Shown piece after piece: positions 35,329 through 45,294 of a DNA stretch of 64,000 bases; within the stretch, counting starts at the first letter, position 1, and every line of letters begins with the position of its first letter. Location of the stretch: NCBI GenBank assembly GCA_963663545.1, contig OY760505.1, forward strand, positions 2,304,001 to 2,368,000. Reading direction: 5' to 3'. The notes under the pieces are model-generated. The model was not told the DNA's origin. It made no database searches and saw only the letters and a list, made by a program, of their open reading frames with translations. A program made the translations under genes and the position numbers. The DNA is from Candidatus Delongbacteria bacterium. Its GTDB lineage: Bacteria; CAIWAD01.

Positions 35329-37236
35329 TTATCTAAGCTGTTCGCTCACCGTAGCACGCGTATCACGTCCAAGAGCTGCCGTGACACGAGTGAAGAGCTC
35401 TTCGAGGTTGAAGGGCTTGCGTATCACGCCTTTGACGCCCTCGCGGGCCAGCTGCGACGGATCCAGCAAATCGGCATAGGCGGTAAAGAAGAGCGTGGGC
35501 AAGTCGGGCCGGATGCGGCGCAATTCCTGCAACAGCTCCCAGCCGTTCATCTGCGGCATGCGCATGTCCAACAGAGCCAGGTCAACGCGATCACCAGCTT
35601 CGGCGAACCATTCAAGCGCTTCCGGACCGCCGGGGAAGGCGCGCACGGCAAAGCCAAGATCGCGCAGAATGTTGCGTGCTACGCCACGCACAACAACATC
35701 ATCGTCCACCAACAGAATGAGCGCCTGCGGCTCGTTGGGGTGCAGGCTGCCGGGGCGCACACCGGACTCGCACAGCGGCAGCAGGATGCGGAACTCAGTG
35801 CCAAAGCCTTTGCGGCTGTCCACTTCGACCGTCCCTTGATGATTGCGCACGCAGCTATAAACACTTGCCAGGCCAAGTCCGGTACCTTTGCCGCGTCCTT
35901 TTGTCGTAAAAAACGGCTCGAAGATGTGAGACAGCACTTCTTCTTCCATGCCGGTGCCCGTGTCACACACGCTCAGTCGGATCCAAGAACTGGAATCTGC
36001 AGGGCGCTCGTTACTGGCGTGATTCAAACGAACAGTCTCAGTGCGGAACAGTAGCCTTCCACCTTCGGGCATGGCATCGCGGGCGTTGAAACCCAGGTTG
36101 ATCAGCGCATTTTGTAGTTCACCGGGATCTCCCAGCAGCACGCAGTTTGCAGCTTGCTCTTCGAGGTGAACGTCAATGTGGCGGCAACTGTGTTTCAGTA
36201 GATCCATTGTATCACGCAGAATGCGGTGCAGGTTCACACTCTGGAAGCTGGAGCGATCGGTGCGCGAAAACCCAAGAAGCTTGCGCACCAGCTCGCTGGC
36301 GGCTTCGCTGGTGGCTGCAATGCGCTGCAGGTGCTCGGCAACAGGCTCGTCGCCAAACTGTTTTAGTGCGTTGCCCACATAGCCGGAAATGGACATCAAT
36401 TGATTGTTGAAGTCATGGGCAATGGCGCCCGCCAGTTGTCCCATGCTTTCCATTTTCTGAGCCTGCTGAAACTGACGTTCTAGCTGTCGGCGACGACGAT
36501 CTTCGTCGTGTCGCGCAGTCAGATCCTGGGCCAATAGCAGCAAATGTCCACTGTCAAGTGGCGACCAGGAAATCTCGTAGGGAACGCCACCGATTTCAAT
36601 CTCACGCGTGCAGCGAGATCCAGATCTTGCAGAGTGCTTTACCGGGCACCATTCGCAGTCTTCGGGCAGGCAATTGAAAATCGTGCTGCAATGCAGTCCG
36701 GGCCGGATTCCCTGACGCTGAGCGGCGAGGTTGCTTGTGATACATTTGCCTGCATTGTCCACTAAAGCGGCCAACATCGGCATTGCATCAAGCAGTTCCT
36801 GATTGTTGCGTTGGTTACGGCGTTGTACCGAATCGGCGCTTGCAAGCAGTTGGGCTGCATCCAGACGGTCGAGAATGCGATGGATGGAATGGGGCAACAG
36901 ATCGAGAAAGCCCGTTTCCTTCATCAGCAGGTCAGCGGCGCCTGCCTGCATCAGCCGTACGCTGCGTCGCACATCGCACTTGTTGCAGAGTACCATCCAC
37001 GGTGTGGTGATTTCACGCCGCTGGAGCTCAATAGGCAGGGCCTCGTCCGGCAGACCTGTCTGGTCCGGATCAAAGACAATGATGTTGCTCTGTCGCAAGG
37101 CCGGGTGCTTGAGTAGCTCATCATAGCGAGTGAGGTGTGCTACAAGAAAACCCGCCTCATGCAGGCAGGTGGAAAGAATACGCCCCATTTTGGGGTCTGA
37201 CTCGAGGAGCAGAATTTGTCGATGGCGTTGGAGCAT
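35329..37236 (-). CDS. Hybrid histidine kinase (REC-PAS-HK-REC)
   Basis: AHDFNN, NARDAM, FFTTK, GTGLGL, C-terminal LLDMRMP receiver. Confidence 0.92.
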   Translation of the reverse strand: MLQRHRQILLLESDPKMGRILSTCLHEAGFLVAHLTRYDELLKHPALRQSNIIVFDPDQTGLPDEALPIELQRREITTPWMVLCNKCDVRRSVRLMQAGAADLLMKETGFLDLLPHSIHRILDRLDAAQLLASADSVQRRNQRNNQELLDAMPMLAALVDNAGKCITSNLAAQRQGIRPGLHCSTIFNCLPEDCEWCPVKHSARSGSRCTREIEIGGVPYEISWSPLDSGHLLLLAQDLTARHDEDRRRRQLERQFQQAQKMESMGQLAGAIAHDFNNQLMSISGYVGNALKQFGDEPVAEHLQRIAATSEAASELVRKLLGFSRTDRSSFQSVNLHRILRDTMDLLKHSCRHIDVHLEEQAANCVLLGDPGELQNALINLGFNARDAMPEGGRLLFRTETVRLNHASNERPADSSSWIRLSVCDTGTGMEEEVLSHIFEPFFTTKGRGKGTGLGLASVYSCVRNHQGTVEVDSRKGFGTEFRILLPLCESGVRPGSLHPNEPQALILLVDDDVVVRGVARNILRDLGFAVRAFPGGPEALEWFAEAGDRVDLALLDMRMPQMNGWELLQELRRIRPDLPTLFFTAYADLLDPSQLAREGVKGVIRKPFNLEELFTRVTAALGRDTRATVSEQLR

Positions 37237-37309
37237 GCGGGCACACAGCCAGTTTTAACCTACCCACTCACTTAGCGTCGGACACGAACCAAATAGAGTA
37301 TTTAGGCGG

Positions 37310-38383
37310 CTATTTGTCCAGCTTATAGAAGGAGAACAACGCAACAATCAGCACCGTCAGATTGGGCAACCAGGCGGCGGCTTCCGGACCGAGCAACTCT
37401 TTGTAGCCCATGTTCCGTAACACGACTTGCATTCCGTAATACAGAAAGCAAAGCAGCAAGCTCAGGCCTAAACCCTTCACCAGACCGCCGCGGTTTCTCC
37501 GCAGCGCCAGCGGCACACCCAGCAGAATAATCATCAGGTTCGCGAAGGGACTGGCCAGTTTGATCTGGGCGTCCACTTGCCAGCGCGTGATACGTGCTCC
37601 TGCCTGGCGCAATCGTGCAATCAGTCCGCCCAGCTCGCTGTAGTTCATCTCCTCGGGCACGGAACGCAGGCTCTGGATGTCGTAGGGATTGAGCTGCAGC
37701 TCGGGCACCGCCAGTACTTCGTGATGCAGCAGCCGGTTACGGGGCGCCAGCCAGCGTTCGTCCACGTCGTACATGGTCCACACGCTGTCGCGCAGCGAGA
37801 TACGTTCGGCGTCCAGTCGATGTGATACAGTGCTGCCATCAAACTGCAGGAAGACCGCGCGCCGCCCCTCGTTCTGCTCCAGGTTGAAATTGTCCAGGCT
37901 GAACATGCTGGAGGAGTCGTTCTGGAAATAGACGTGTCCGCTGTTCTGGCGCAGAGTGGGCGGCCGCTTCTTGATGCATGTCTGGTAAATTTCGTTGCGC
38001 TCGCCGGCGGTGTCGGTGACCAGTGTCTCACCCAGGTAGAACACGCCGACACTGACCAGTAGCCCCTGCAGGGCCAGCAGGCGCAGGATGCGTCCCGGGC
38101 TGATGCCACCCGCCTTCATCGCTGTGACCTCGGAGGTGCGCACCAGGCTGCCCAGGGAGAAGACCGTTGTCAGCAGCATCACCACCGGCGTGATCAGGTA
38201 GGCGATTTGCGGGATGTAGAGCAGATAGTAGCGAACGATGGTTTGCCAGCCGGTCTCCGTGTCGATGAACTTGTCCAGGTTCTCCATCAGGTCGACGGTG
38301 ATGAAAATGGCCACACTCGCCATTAGCGTGAACACGGCGATGCTCCAGAAGCGGCGCAGGATGTAGCGCGTAAGAAGGCTCAT
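37310..38383 (-). CDS. lptG: LPS export permease LptG
   Basis: LTRYILR, SEVTAMKAGGIS, KLASPF; follows lptF. Confidence 0.85.
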   Translation of the reverse strand: MSLLTRYILRRFWSIAVFTLMASVAIFITVDLMENLDKFIDTETGWQTIVRYYLLYIPQIAYLITPVVMLLTTVFSLGSLVRTSEVTAMKAGGISPGRILRLLALQGLLVSVGVFYLGETLVTDTAGERNEIYQTCIKKRPPTLRQNSGHVYFQNDSSSMFSLDNFNLEQNEGRRAVFLQFDGSTVSHRLDAERISLRDSVWTMYDVDERWLAPRNRLLHHEVLAVPELQLNPYDIQSLRSVPEEMNYSELGGLIARLRQAGARITRWQVDAQIKLASPFANLMIILLGVPLALRRNRGGLVKGLGLSLLLCFLYYGMQVVLRNMGYKELLGPEAAAWLPNLTVLIVALFSFYKLDK

Positions 38384-39654
38384 GCGCGCGGTTCCTCATC
38401 GCTGCTGGCTTCTTCCAACTCTGCGGCCAGGCGGCTCATCGCTTTCATCTCGGCCTGGTTCTGGCTGTCCTCCTGGATCACACCGCGCTTGCGGAAGAGA
38501 TGGCGAATCCAATGGGGTAGCTGCAGTGGCGTTCCCTCGCGACCCACGCTGCGCATCAGGTAGATGCCCGCCAAGCCCAGCAGCATGTTTGGGGTCCACA
38601 TCGCAACCCAGGGAGGCACAAAACCTCGATCTGCCAAGTCCTCGCCGCCGATGAGGAAGATCCAGTAGATGAGGAAGAAGGCCACGCTGAGGCCTCCTGA
38701 CATGCCGATACCGCCGGAGCCGGATTTGATGCCTAACGGCGCACCGATAAGAATGAAGACCAGGATGGCAACCGGCAGCGAGAGCTTTTTGTGAATCTCG
38801 ACCCAATAGCTGCGAATACGACGCTCGTTGCGCACCGGATCGCGCTCGTGCCACTCCTGAATTCGCTCCAGCATTTGCGCTATTGTCTGCTCGCGGTCGC
38901 CGCGGTATTTGGACGTCTGCCGCTGTAACACCATGCCCCGCGCCTCGATGTACAGGTCGCAGGATTCGAAGTCGATCATGCTGTAGCTGTCAGGATCCTT
39001 CCATGTGTTGCGGTGGATCTGACCGTCGTAGAGATGCAGGTTGAAGCGCGCGTGCTGCTCCTCGAAGAGCAGATCGGCGCTATCCGCCAGAATGGTCGTC
39101 TGCATCTTGCTGTCGCTCTCGTCAAAAATGGTTACACCGCTCATGCGTCGTGTTTCGTGATTCACGTGACGACTGTGTATCACATAATCGGGCACGTCAA
39201 AGAGAAAGAGACTCTCTTCCATCTGCATCGTTGGTTGTTTGCGCATGATGCTTCGCCGCAGCAGGCTGGAGCGATAGTTGAATTCGGGCAACACCCAGTT
39301 GTTGTAGGCGATCAGCGCTACCATTAACAGCGTGCCAGCGATCAGCACCGGGCGGACGAGTCGCGGCAGGCCTACGCCGCTCGCCTTCAGCGCTGTGATT
39401 TCGTGATCGCCGGCAAGACGACCGAAAGCCATCAGGGTGGCGATGAGTGCGGCCATTGGCACAGCCATCGCTAGAATCCATGCAATGTTGTAAAGGAAGA
39501 ATTCGAGGATGACACGCAGCTCGATACCCTTGCCCAGAATCTTGCCCAGGATCTGAAAGGCGAAGTTGAGCACGAAGAGGAACACAATCAGCGTCAGACT
39601 GCTGAAGAAGGGGGAGACGTGCTCTCGCAGGATGTAGCGGGACAGGGTTCTCAC
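38380..39654 (-). CDS. lptF: LPS export permease LptF
   Basis: LSRYILRE, FGRLAGDHEITALKASGV, EIHKKLSLP; GTG start with GGAG SD. Confidence 0.88.
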   Translation of the reverse strand: MRTLSRYILREHVSPFFSSLTLIVFLFVLNFAFQILGKILGKGIELRVILEFFLYNIAWILAMAVPMAALIATLMAFGRLAGDHEITALKASGVGLPRLVRPVLIAGTLLMVALIAYNNWVLPEFNYRSSLLRRSIMRKQPTMQMEESLFLFDVPDYVIHSRHVNHETRRMSGVTIFDESDSKMQTTILADSADLLFEEQHARFNLHLYDGQIHRNTWKDPDSYSMIDFESCDLYIEARGMVLQRQTSKYRGDREQTIAQMLERIQEWHERDPVRNERRIRSYWVEIHKKLSLPVAILVFILIGAPLGIKSGSGGIGMSGGLSVAFFLIYWIFLIGGEDLADRGFVPPWVAMWTPNMLLGLAGIYLMRSVGREGTPLQLPHWIRHLFRKRGVIQEDSQNQAEMKAMSRLAAELEEASSDEEPRA

Positions 39655-39739
39655 GTTGCTCCATCGTGGATTCGGCCAAAACACGGACGGCATCCCCGCA
39701 AGGATGCCGCCTCAAAGTATGAAATCCCCGGCTCCCGCC

Positions 39740-40411
39740 TTAACGGCGGTCGGACAGGCGTAGGATCACCATGAACAAATTGAAGATGTCCAGAAACAGG
39801 CTGAGGGCTGCTGCCGTTGCCGGAATGCGATTCCCGTAATACATGATGCGACTGAGGTCCATCAGGATGAAGCCGTTGAAGAGCAGGGCGATGATCACGT
39901 CCAGTCCAAAGGCCAGTTTGGCGGAGCCGATGAACATGTTGATCACCATGCCGCCGATCATTGTCAATAGGCCGATGACCAGGAAACCGCGCAGGAAGCT
40001 GAAATCGCGGCGTGATACAAGCGTGTAAGCCGCCAGGCCGCTCACATTGAGCAAGGTCAGCACACCCGCCTTCATCAGCAGCTCTGCGCCGCCCACTTTG
40101 GATAAATAAATGGCGAAGGTCGGGGCGCTCAATAGGCCCATGGCGAAGGTGAAGACATAAAAGGCGATGGCCGCGTTGGGTCCGGTACTGGCGCGCTGTG
40201 CCCAGATGATCAGGCCAAAGAGCGGCAGAATAGCAAAGAAGCCCAGACTGAAAATGATGCGTAACACGGCGGGAGTCATGCCCACCTGGGCACCGGCAGC
40301 CGCCACAAGCATTCCCAGCAGCACAAAGCCGAACACCTTGCGCACGTAGGTGACCTGCGCCGGGTTATTGCTGATGGTCAGTCCGATTGTATTGAAGCTG
40401 AACGGGGTCAT
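39740..40411 (-). CDS. Bax inhibitor-1/YccA family membrane protein
   Basis: About 7 TM; RDFSFL, AALSLFLDIFNLF. Confidence 0.92.
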   Translation of the reverse strand: MTPFSFNTIGLTISNNPAQVTYVRKVFGFVLLGMLVAAAGAQVGMTPAVLRIIFSLGFFAILPLFGLIIWAQRASTGPNAAIAFYVFTFAMGLLSAPTFAIYLSKVGGAELLMKAGVLTLLNVSGLAAYTLVSRRDFSFLRGFLVIGLLTMIGGMVINMFIGSAKLAFGLDVIIALLFNGFILMDLSRIMYYGNRIPATAAALSLFLDIFNLFMVILRLSDRR

Positions 40412-40437
40412 TGTTTCCTCCTGTGAAATCCGGCGGG

Positions 40438-41148
40438 CTAATTATCGCCGTTTATCGGACGCAATACAAGGTCTTCCACCAGCAATCGCTGGTCTGTGGC
40501 ACTTGCCTCAAAGATGTGGCGACCGACAGTGTCTGCGTCCATCAGCGCCGAAGTGTCTTCCATGCGCTGTTGCCAAATGGGCGTTTCCGTCATGCCGGGA
40601 TACACGTTCGTGATACGCACTCCCTTGCCGCGAAGCTCACCGCGAGCCGCATCCATCAGTGCTTTCAATCCTGCCTTGCTGGCCGCGTACCAGCCTGTTC
40701 CAGGAAAGGCGCGTAGCGCGGCCACGCTCAACACATTGGTTACCTGCAAGCCGCGACCCGCCTCGATACTGCGTGTGGCGGCTGCCTTCAGTAATCGCCA
40801 GGGTGCCAGCAGATTGGTCTCGAGTTGTGCCGAGGCGTTCTCTTCATCGGCCTTCAGCAGGCCTGCCGGTAGAAACACACCAGCGTTGTTCACCAACACG
40901 TCCAGAGCGCCAGTTTCCTTCCAGACTGTGGCGACCAACTCGTTCGCCGCCTGCGGATCACGCAGATCGATGGCATGCACCCTGACCGTGCCTGTATCAC
41001 GCAACTCGTCCTGAGCCATTCTCAAAGTCTCTTCGCGACGACCCGCAAGATACACGCGATCGCCGGCTGCCAGAAAGTGCCGCGCACAGGCCAGACCAAT
41101 GCCACTGCCACCACCGGTAATCAGCACAATCCGTTCATGCTTGCTCAT
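40438..41148 (-). CDS. SDR oxidoreductase, sepiapterin-reductase-like
   Basis: TGGGSGIG, NNAG, YAASK, VRITNVYPG..TPIW, EDLVLRPINGD; coupled to PTPS. Confidence 0.8.
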   Translation of the reverse strand: MSKHERIVLITGGGSGIGLACARHFLAAGDRVYLAGRREETLRMAQDELRDTGTVRVHAIDLRDPQAANELVATVWKETGALDVLVNNAGVFLPAGLLKADEENASAQLETNLLAPWRLLKAAATRSIEAGRGLQVTNVLSVAALRAFPGTGWYAASKAGLKALMDAARGELRGKGVRITNVYPGMTETPIWQQRMEDTSALMDADTVGRHIFEASATDQRLLVEDLVLRPINGDN

Positions 41149-41564
41149 CAGCACTCCTTTCTGAGGAGGACCACGTTCTGTTCGTTCTCTTCGAGTCTGA
41201 GCTCCCATAAATCCCCGCGAGGCAGTGCAGGTTCCAGCTCGCGCCAAATTGCCGCCAGCAGGTTCTCAGAAGTTGGAATGATGCCTGCCATGAAGTCGAC
41301 GTCAAGATTCAGATTGTGATGATCCAGTTTGTCAATGACGCGGCTGCGCAGAATGCCTGAAAGCTCACCCAGCTCGATCAGCATGCCGGTGGCAGGATCG
41401 ACCTCGCCGCGTACGGTCACTGACAGCTTGTAGTTGTGACCGTGACCGTTTGGGTTGGCACATGGACCGTAGAGGCGCGCGTTTTCTTCCTGGCTTAGTG
41501 CCGGATGAAACAGCCGGTGGGCGGCGCAAAAGGTCTCCGTGCGTGTGACAAAACAGACGGGCAT
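41148..41564 (-). CDS. 6-pyruvoyl-tetrahydropterin synthase, PTPS-II type
   Basis: F.AAHRL, CANPNGHGHNY (CX5HGH), PTSENL, LEENEQN. Confidence 0.88.
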   Translation of the reverse strand: MPVCFVTRTETFCAAHRLFHPALSQEENARLYGPCANPNGHGHNYKLSVTVRGEVDPATGMLIELGELSGILRSRVIDKLDHHNLNLDVDFMAGIIPTSENLLAAIWRELEPALPRGDLWELRLEENEQNVVLLRKEC

Positions 41565-41635
41565 GCTGCCTCCGCGTTGTTAAAGGACCCACCAAATGCC
41601 AGGCGGCAATGGGGGCCGCTTTCTATCTTGATGGC

Positions 41636-42085
41636 ATGGAACCGCTGATACGTATTTGCCAGCCACGTGATCTTCGCAACGTGCTCGATTTGTGGCGGCG
41701 CTGCGGCATTCATCTGGGCTTCTCTGAGCGTCTTGATCAGCTTCGGCGCGCCTTCGATTGCTACCCCGAGCTTTTTCTGCTGGCCGAATTTGGCACTCGC
41801 ATCATTGGCGCAGTCTGGGGTACCTTTGATGGTCGTCGCGGTGTGATCAACCACCTGGCTGTAGACTCCGACTGGCGCGGTCAGGGTTTGGGTGAAGCCC
41901 TGCTCAAGGAACTATTGACGCGTCTGGCTCAACTGAACGCGGTCAAGGTACACCTACAAGTGCAAAGGGACAACGACGAGCGCTACCAACGACTGGTGGC
42001 CTGGTATTGCTCCCTTGGCTTCTATCCCCGAGACGATCTTGTCATGATGAGCGTGGACCTGCGGGAAAATTCCTGGGAGACCTGA
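41636..42085 (+). CDS. GNAT acetyltransferase (YpeA-like)
   Basis: FDGRRGVINHLAVD..WRGQGLG, KVHLQV. Confidence 0.85.
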   Translation: MEPLIRICQPRDLRNVLDLWRRCGIHLGFSERLDQLRRAFDCYPELFLLAEFGTRIIGAVWGTFDGRRGVINHLAVDSDWRGQGLGEALLKELLTRLAQLNAVKVHLQVQRDNDERYQRLVAWYCSLGFYPRDDLVMMSVDLRENSWET

Positions 42086-42088
42086 ACC

Positions 42089-43603
42089 GTGGACGATCCT
42101 TCTGCCTTCGTTGCTCAGTGGGCGGATCTGCTGGATCATCTCGAAGAAGCAGTACTGCTTCTTGACGAGGCCGGTGCGCCCATGTATGCCAATCGTGCCT
42201 GGATTGAACTCGCGGGCCCGCTGCCCGAAGGCGGATTGGTGGCGGCGTTGAGTCGTCTGCCTGGGCGTTTGCCGGGCAACCTGATCAAGGCCTTGCGCGA
42301 ACAGCAACCCTGGCGTGGTGGTCTGCTGGATCTAGAGCGCGATGGTCGCCAGGCTGGATTCGAAGTGGCTTATCGTCCCGCCTCACGCATGCTTGTTCTC
42401 TATGATCGCAGCGAACGCCGACGCTTGGAAACCGAGCTGCTGCAGACACACAAGATGGAATCCCTCGGACATCTGGCGAGCGGTGTAGCACACGATTTTG
42501 CCAATCTGGTGACAGCCATGAACGGCTACTGTGATCTTGTGTTACACCAGATGGGACTTCCCGAACGCTTGCAGCGTGATCTGCGCGAGATCAACAACAT
42601 CGGAACGCGCGCAGCTGAGCTGGTGAATCGCCTGTTAGCCTACAGCCGGAGGCACGACCCACACCGTGAGGATTTTAATCTTAACCGCCTGGTGCAGAGC
42701 CTGGCTGGCATGTTGCGTCGGCTCATCGGTGAACACCTTACACTAGAGCTGGAGCTGGAAGCGGAACACGCGGTGATTTGCGCAGATCGTGCGCAGCTTG
42801 AAATGGCCCTGGTCAATCTGGTGATCAATGCGCGCGATGCCATGCCCGAGGGCGGCGTGATACGCATCCACACCTCCTGTCCGGAGGATGGCCCCGGCGA
42901 GCGGCATCATGTGACACATGGCGGCCGCTGGCTCTTGCTCGAAGTACACGACCAAGGCACCGGAATGGATGAAGACACGCGTCAACGCCTCTTTCAGCCC
43001 TTTTTCTCGACCAAGGCACCGGGCAAGGGGACCGGCCTGGGAATGTCGATGGTCCAACGGGCGATTGAAACGAACGGTGGAGCCATTGAGGTGGAGAGTG
43101 TGCAGGGCGTCGGGAGCAGTTTCCTGCTGTGGCTGCCTGCGCTTCCGGCGCTTTCCGATGTGATACAATCCGAGTTCTGGGCAATGCCCGCCCAGGAGGC
43201 GGGTGTGCTGGTGGTCGAAGACGAGGACGTGCTACGTGAGCTGGCGGCTACGGTTCTGGAGAGCCGTGGATATCAGGTAAAGTGCGCGTGCAATCTTCAG
43301 GAAGCACTGCATTGTTTGGATCACGGCAGCTTTCACACTGTGCTTTGCGATGTTGCGCTACCTGACGGTCACGGCGTGACGCTCGCTGAGCATATTCGAC
43401 GACGTTTGCCGCGAGCGGGAATTATTGTGTGTAGCGCCTATCCTGTTGAGGAGCTGGGCGAGGGAAAGCTGGAGCGCTTGGGCTGTCGCTATCTGCCAAA
43501 GCCTTATGTTCCAGAGTCGCTGTTGGCTGCAGTCAGTAGTGCGAGCCGGTTCCGTGAGTCGTGCGCGCGTACCGAAGATCAACCCCATGGAGTGCTTTCT
43601 TGA
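42089..43603 (+). CDS. Hybrid histidine kinase (PAS-HK-REC)
   Basis: AHDFANL, NARDAM, FFSTK, GTGLG, VVEDE...CDVALP. Confidence 0.92.
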   Translation: MDDPSAFVAQWADLLDHLEEAVLLLDEAGAPMYANRAWIELAGPLPEGGLVAALSRLPGRLPGNLIKALREQQPWRGGLLDLERDGRQAGFEVAYRPASRMLVLYDRSERRRLETELLQTHKMESLGHLASGVAHDFANLVTAMNGYCDLVLHQMGLPERLQRDLREINNIGTRAAELVNRLLAYSRRHDPHREDFNLNRLVQSLAGMLRRLIGEHLTLELELEAEHAVICADRAQLEMALVNLVINARDAMPEGGVIRIHTSCPEDGPGERHHVTHGGRWLLLEVHDQGTGMDEDTRQRLFQPFFSTKAPGKGTGLGMSMVQRAIETNGGAIEVESVQGVGSSFLLWLPALPALSDVIQSEFWAMPAQEAGVLVVEDEDVLRELAATVLESRGYQVKCACNLQEALHCLDHGSFHTVLCDVALPDGHGVTLAEHIRRRLPRAGIIVCSAYPVEELGEGKLERLGCRYLPKPYVPESLLAAVSSASRFRESCARTEDQPHGVLS

Positions 43604-44187
43604 GACACGCACAAGTTCTGCTATCCCTGCTTCTCTTGTCCCTCAGCCTGTTGAGCTGCAGTCGTCGGGCAGAATCGCTCTTCGACTATTTCCCCGATCG
43701 CAAAGGCACCAGTCGCCAGTATCAGATTTTGGTGGATGGCTTCCAGCGCGGCTTTGTGCGCATCGAGACCAGTTCCATCATGCGCGAACAGGATCAACTT
43801 GGTCTACTGCTAACTGATCCACGCCGGGCGAATCTGCTAGGACGCGAGTCGTTGCTTGTAACACAGGAAGCGCTCTTTTTGGAGCTGCCAGATAAAAACC
43901 TGAAGCTGGCTCTGGTGGAGTGGCCTCCTGCAATTGGCGGCGAGTGGTATGAAGTCCGTAGCGGCGTACTGGCGCGCTGTGTGGAATCCGCATCTGTTCA
44001 AGTGACAGCCGGGACTTTTGACGATGTGTTGCAGATGCACTACCGACTTACGCCTGGCTTCATGCTGGAACACGGCTTTGATGTAAGTGACACACTGGAT
44101 GTCCGTCTATGGCTGGCGCCCCATGAGGGTCCCGTGAAGCTTCAGGTGGGCGAACACACCTTGGAGGAACTTGTTGAGCGCTGGTGA
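43600..44187 (+). CDS. Hypothetical lipoprotein
   Basis: Lipobox LLSC; V.V.AGTFDDVL and WLAP..GPVK motifs; TTG start overlapping the previous TGA. Confidence 0.65.
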   Translation: MRHAQVLLSLLLLSLSLLSCSRRAESLFDYFPDRKGTSRQYQILVDGFQRGFVRIETSSIMREQDQLGLLLTDPRRANLLGRESLLVTQEALFLELPDKNLKLALVEWPPAIGGEWYEVRSGVLARCVESASVQVTAGTFDDVLQMHYRLTPGFMLEHGFDVSDTLDVRLWLAPHEGPVKLQVGEHTLEELVERW

Positions 44188-45127
44188 TACACTGCTGCTT
44201 GAACGCGCATTGTTGGCAGCAAGAAACACAATTCTGAAAGCGGGCGTCGACGTGCGAGACGCCTGGCGCAATCACACACGGCTCGAGGTTAACGCCAAGG
44301 GGCGTTTCGATTATGTGACACAGGTGGACAAGAACAGCGAGCGAATCATCTGTGACACGCTGCTGGAACAACTTCCTGAGTTCGGCTTGCTGGGCGAAGA
44401 GGGCAGCCACATCAACCTGGAGAACGAGTATTTCTGGGTTGTTGACCCCTTGGACGGCACAGCCAACTTCATTCATCAGTACCCCGCTTTCGCGATTTCC
44501 ATCGGATTGCTGCAGCGTACGGGTCCGCAGTATCGGCCCGCGCAGGGAGCTTCGGAGGTCCGCTTTCCCGAAGTCTGTAACACGCGCCCCGTGCTTGGTG
44601 TAGTACTCGACGTCTGCCATGATCGCGTTTTCTGGTCTGTGCGCGGCGGTGGAGCCTGGGAAGAGGTACTTCCCGTCAACTGGAAGGACGCCGCAGTTCC
44701 ACGTGCAGTCGGTGAGCTACGCGAGAACAGTACCCGTCTTCGTGTGACAAATGAGCAGCTGAGCACGGCGTTCATGTCAACGGGGTTCCCCGTTCGTCAT
44801 CGCGACCTCTGCCGCCTTTATGTTGAAATGCTAGGTACGCTGCTTCCGCGTGTCAAAGGCTTGCGCCGTGGCGGCTCCGCTGCGCTGGATATGGCCTACA
44901 CCGCTGCCGGACGCTTTGACGGTTTTTTTGAGCTGCACCTTTCTCCCTGGGATATTTGTGCCGGCTGCATGCTGCTGGAAGAAGCCGGCGGCGTCTGCCA
45001 GGGCCTTGGAACCCACGCAATGGCCGATGGCAATATGATTGCGGGGAACGTGGGCTTGGTGCGAGAATTGGCCGAAGTGCTCGAACCTGTCTTAAGCGGA
45101 ACGCTTTCAAGCCCTTGTGAGACTTGA
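44171..45127 (+). CDS. suhB: Inositol monophosphatase family protein
   Basis: DYVTQVD, GEE, WVVDPLDGTANF, GSAALD, WDICAG. Confidence 0.9.
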   Translation: MLSAGDTLLLERALLAARNTILKAGVDVRDAWRNHTRLEVNAKGRFDYVTQVDKNSERIICDTLLEQLPEFGLLGEEGSHINLENEYFWVVDPLDGTANFIHQYPAFAISIGLLQRTGPQYRPAQGASEVRFPEVCNTRPVLGVVLDVCHDRVFWSVRGGGAWEEVLPVNWKDAAVPRAVGELRENSTRLRVTNEQLSTAFMSTGFPVRHRDLCRLYVEMLGTLLPRVKGLRRGGSAALDMAYTAAGRFDGFFELHLSPWDICAGCMLLEEAGGVCQGLGTHAMADGNMIAGNVGLVRELAEVLEPVLSGTLSSPCET

Positions 45128-45152
45128 ATACTATGAGAGTCTTCGCTACTAT
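45124..45152 (+). promoter_or_regulatory. Sigma70-type promoter
   Basis: TTGAAT, 17 bp, TACTAT. Confidence 0.55.
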
Positions 45153-45248
45153 TGAGACTTGGTTAAAACGTATGAGGATCGCTGTGATCAAGATGCCTAT
45201 ACCGTGCATCAAACTTGATCTGAACTACAGACGACTCTAACTACTCTG

Positions 45249-45276
45249 TGCACCCCTAAAGCGGGTGCATTTTTTT
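45249..45276 (+). terminator. Intrinsic terminator immediately upstream of the next RBS
   Basis: tgcaccc-ctaaagc-gggtgca then T7. Confidence 0.75.
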
Positions 45277-45294
45277 CTCCTCAAGGAGGCTGCG

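Noticed and set aside
41148..41564. queD annotation
   Set aside because: CX5HGH rather than CX3HGH, and no que genes nearby
45135..45245. 6S RNA
   Set aside because: Too short and asymmetric for the long rod with central bubble, and not in the usual zapA/ygfA/rny context
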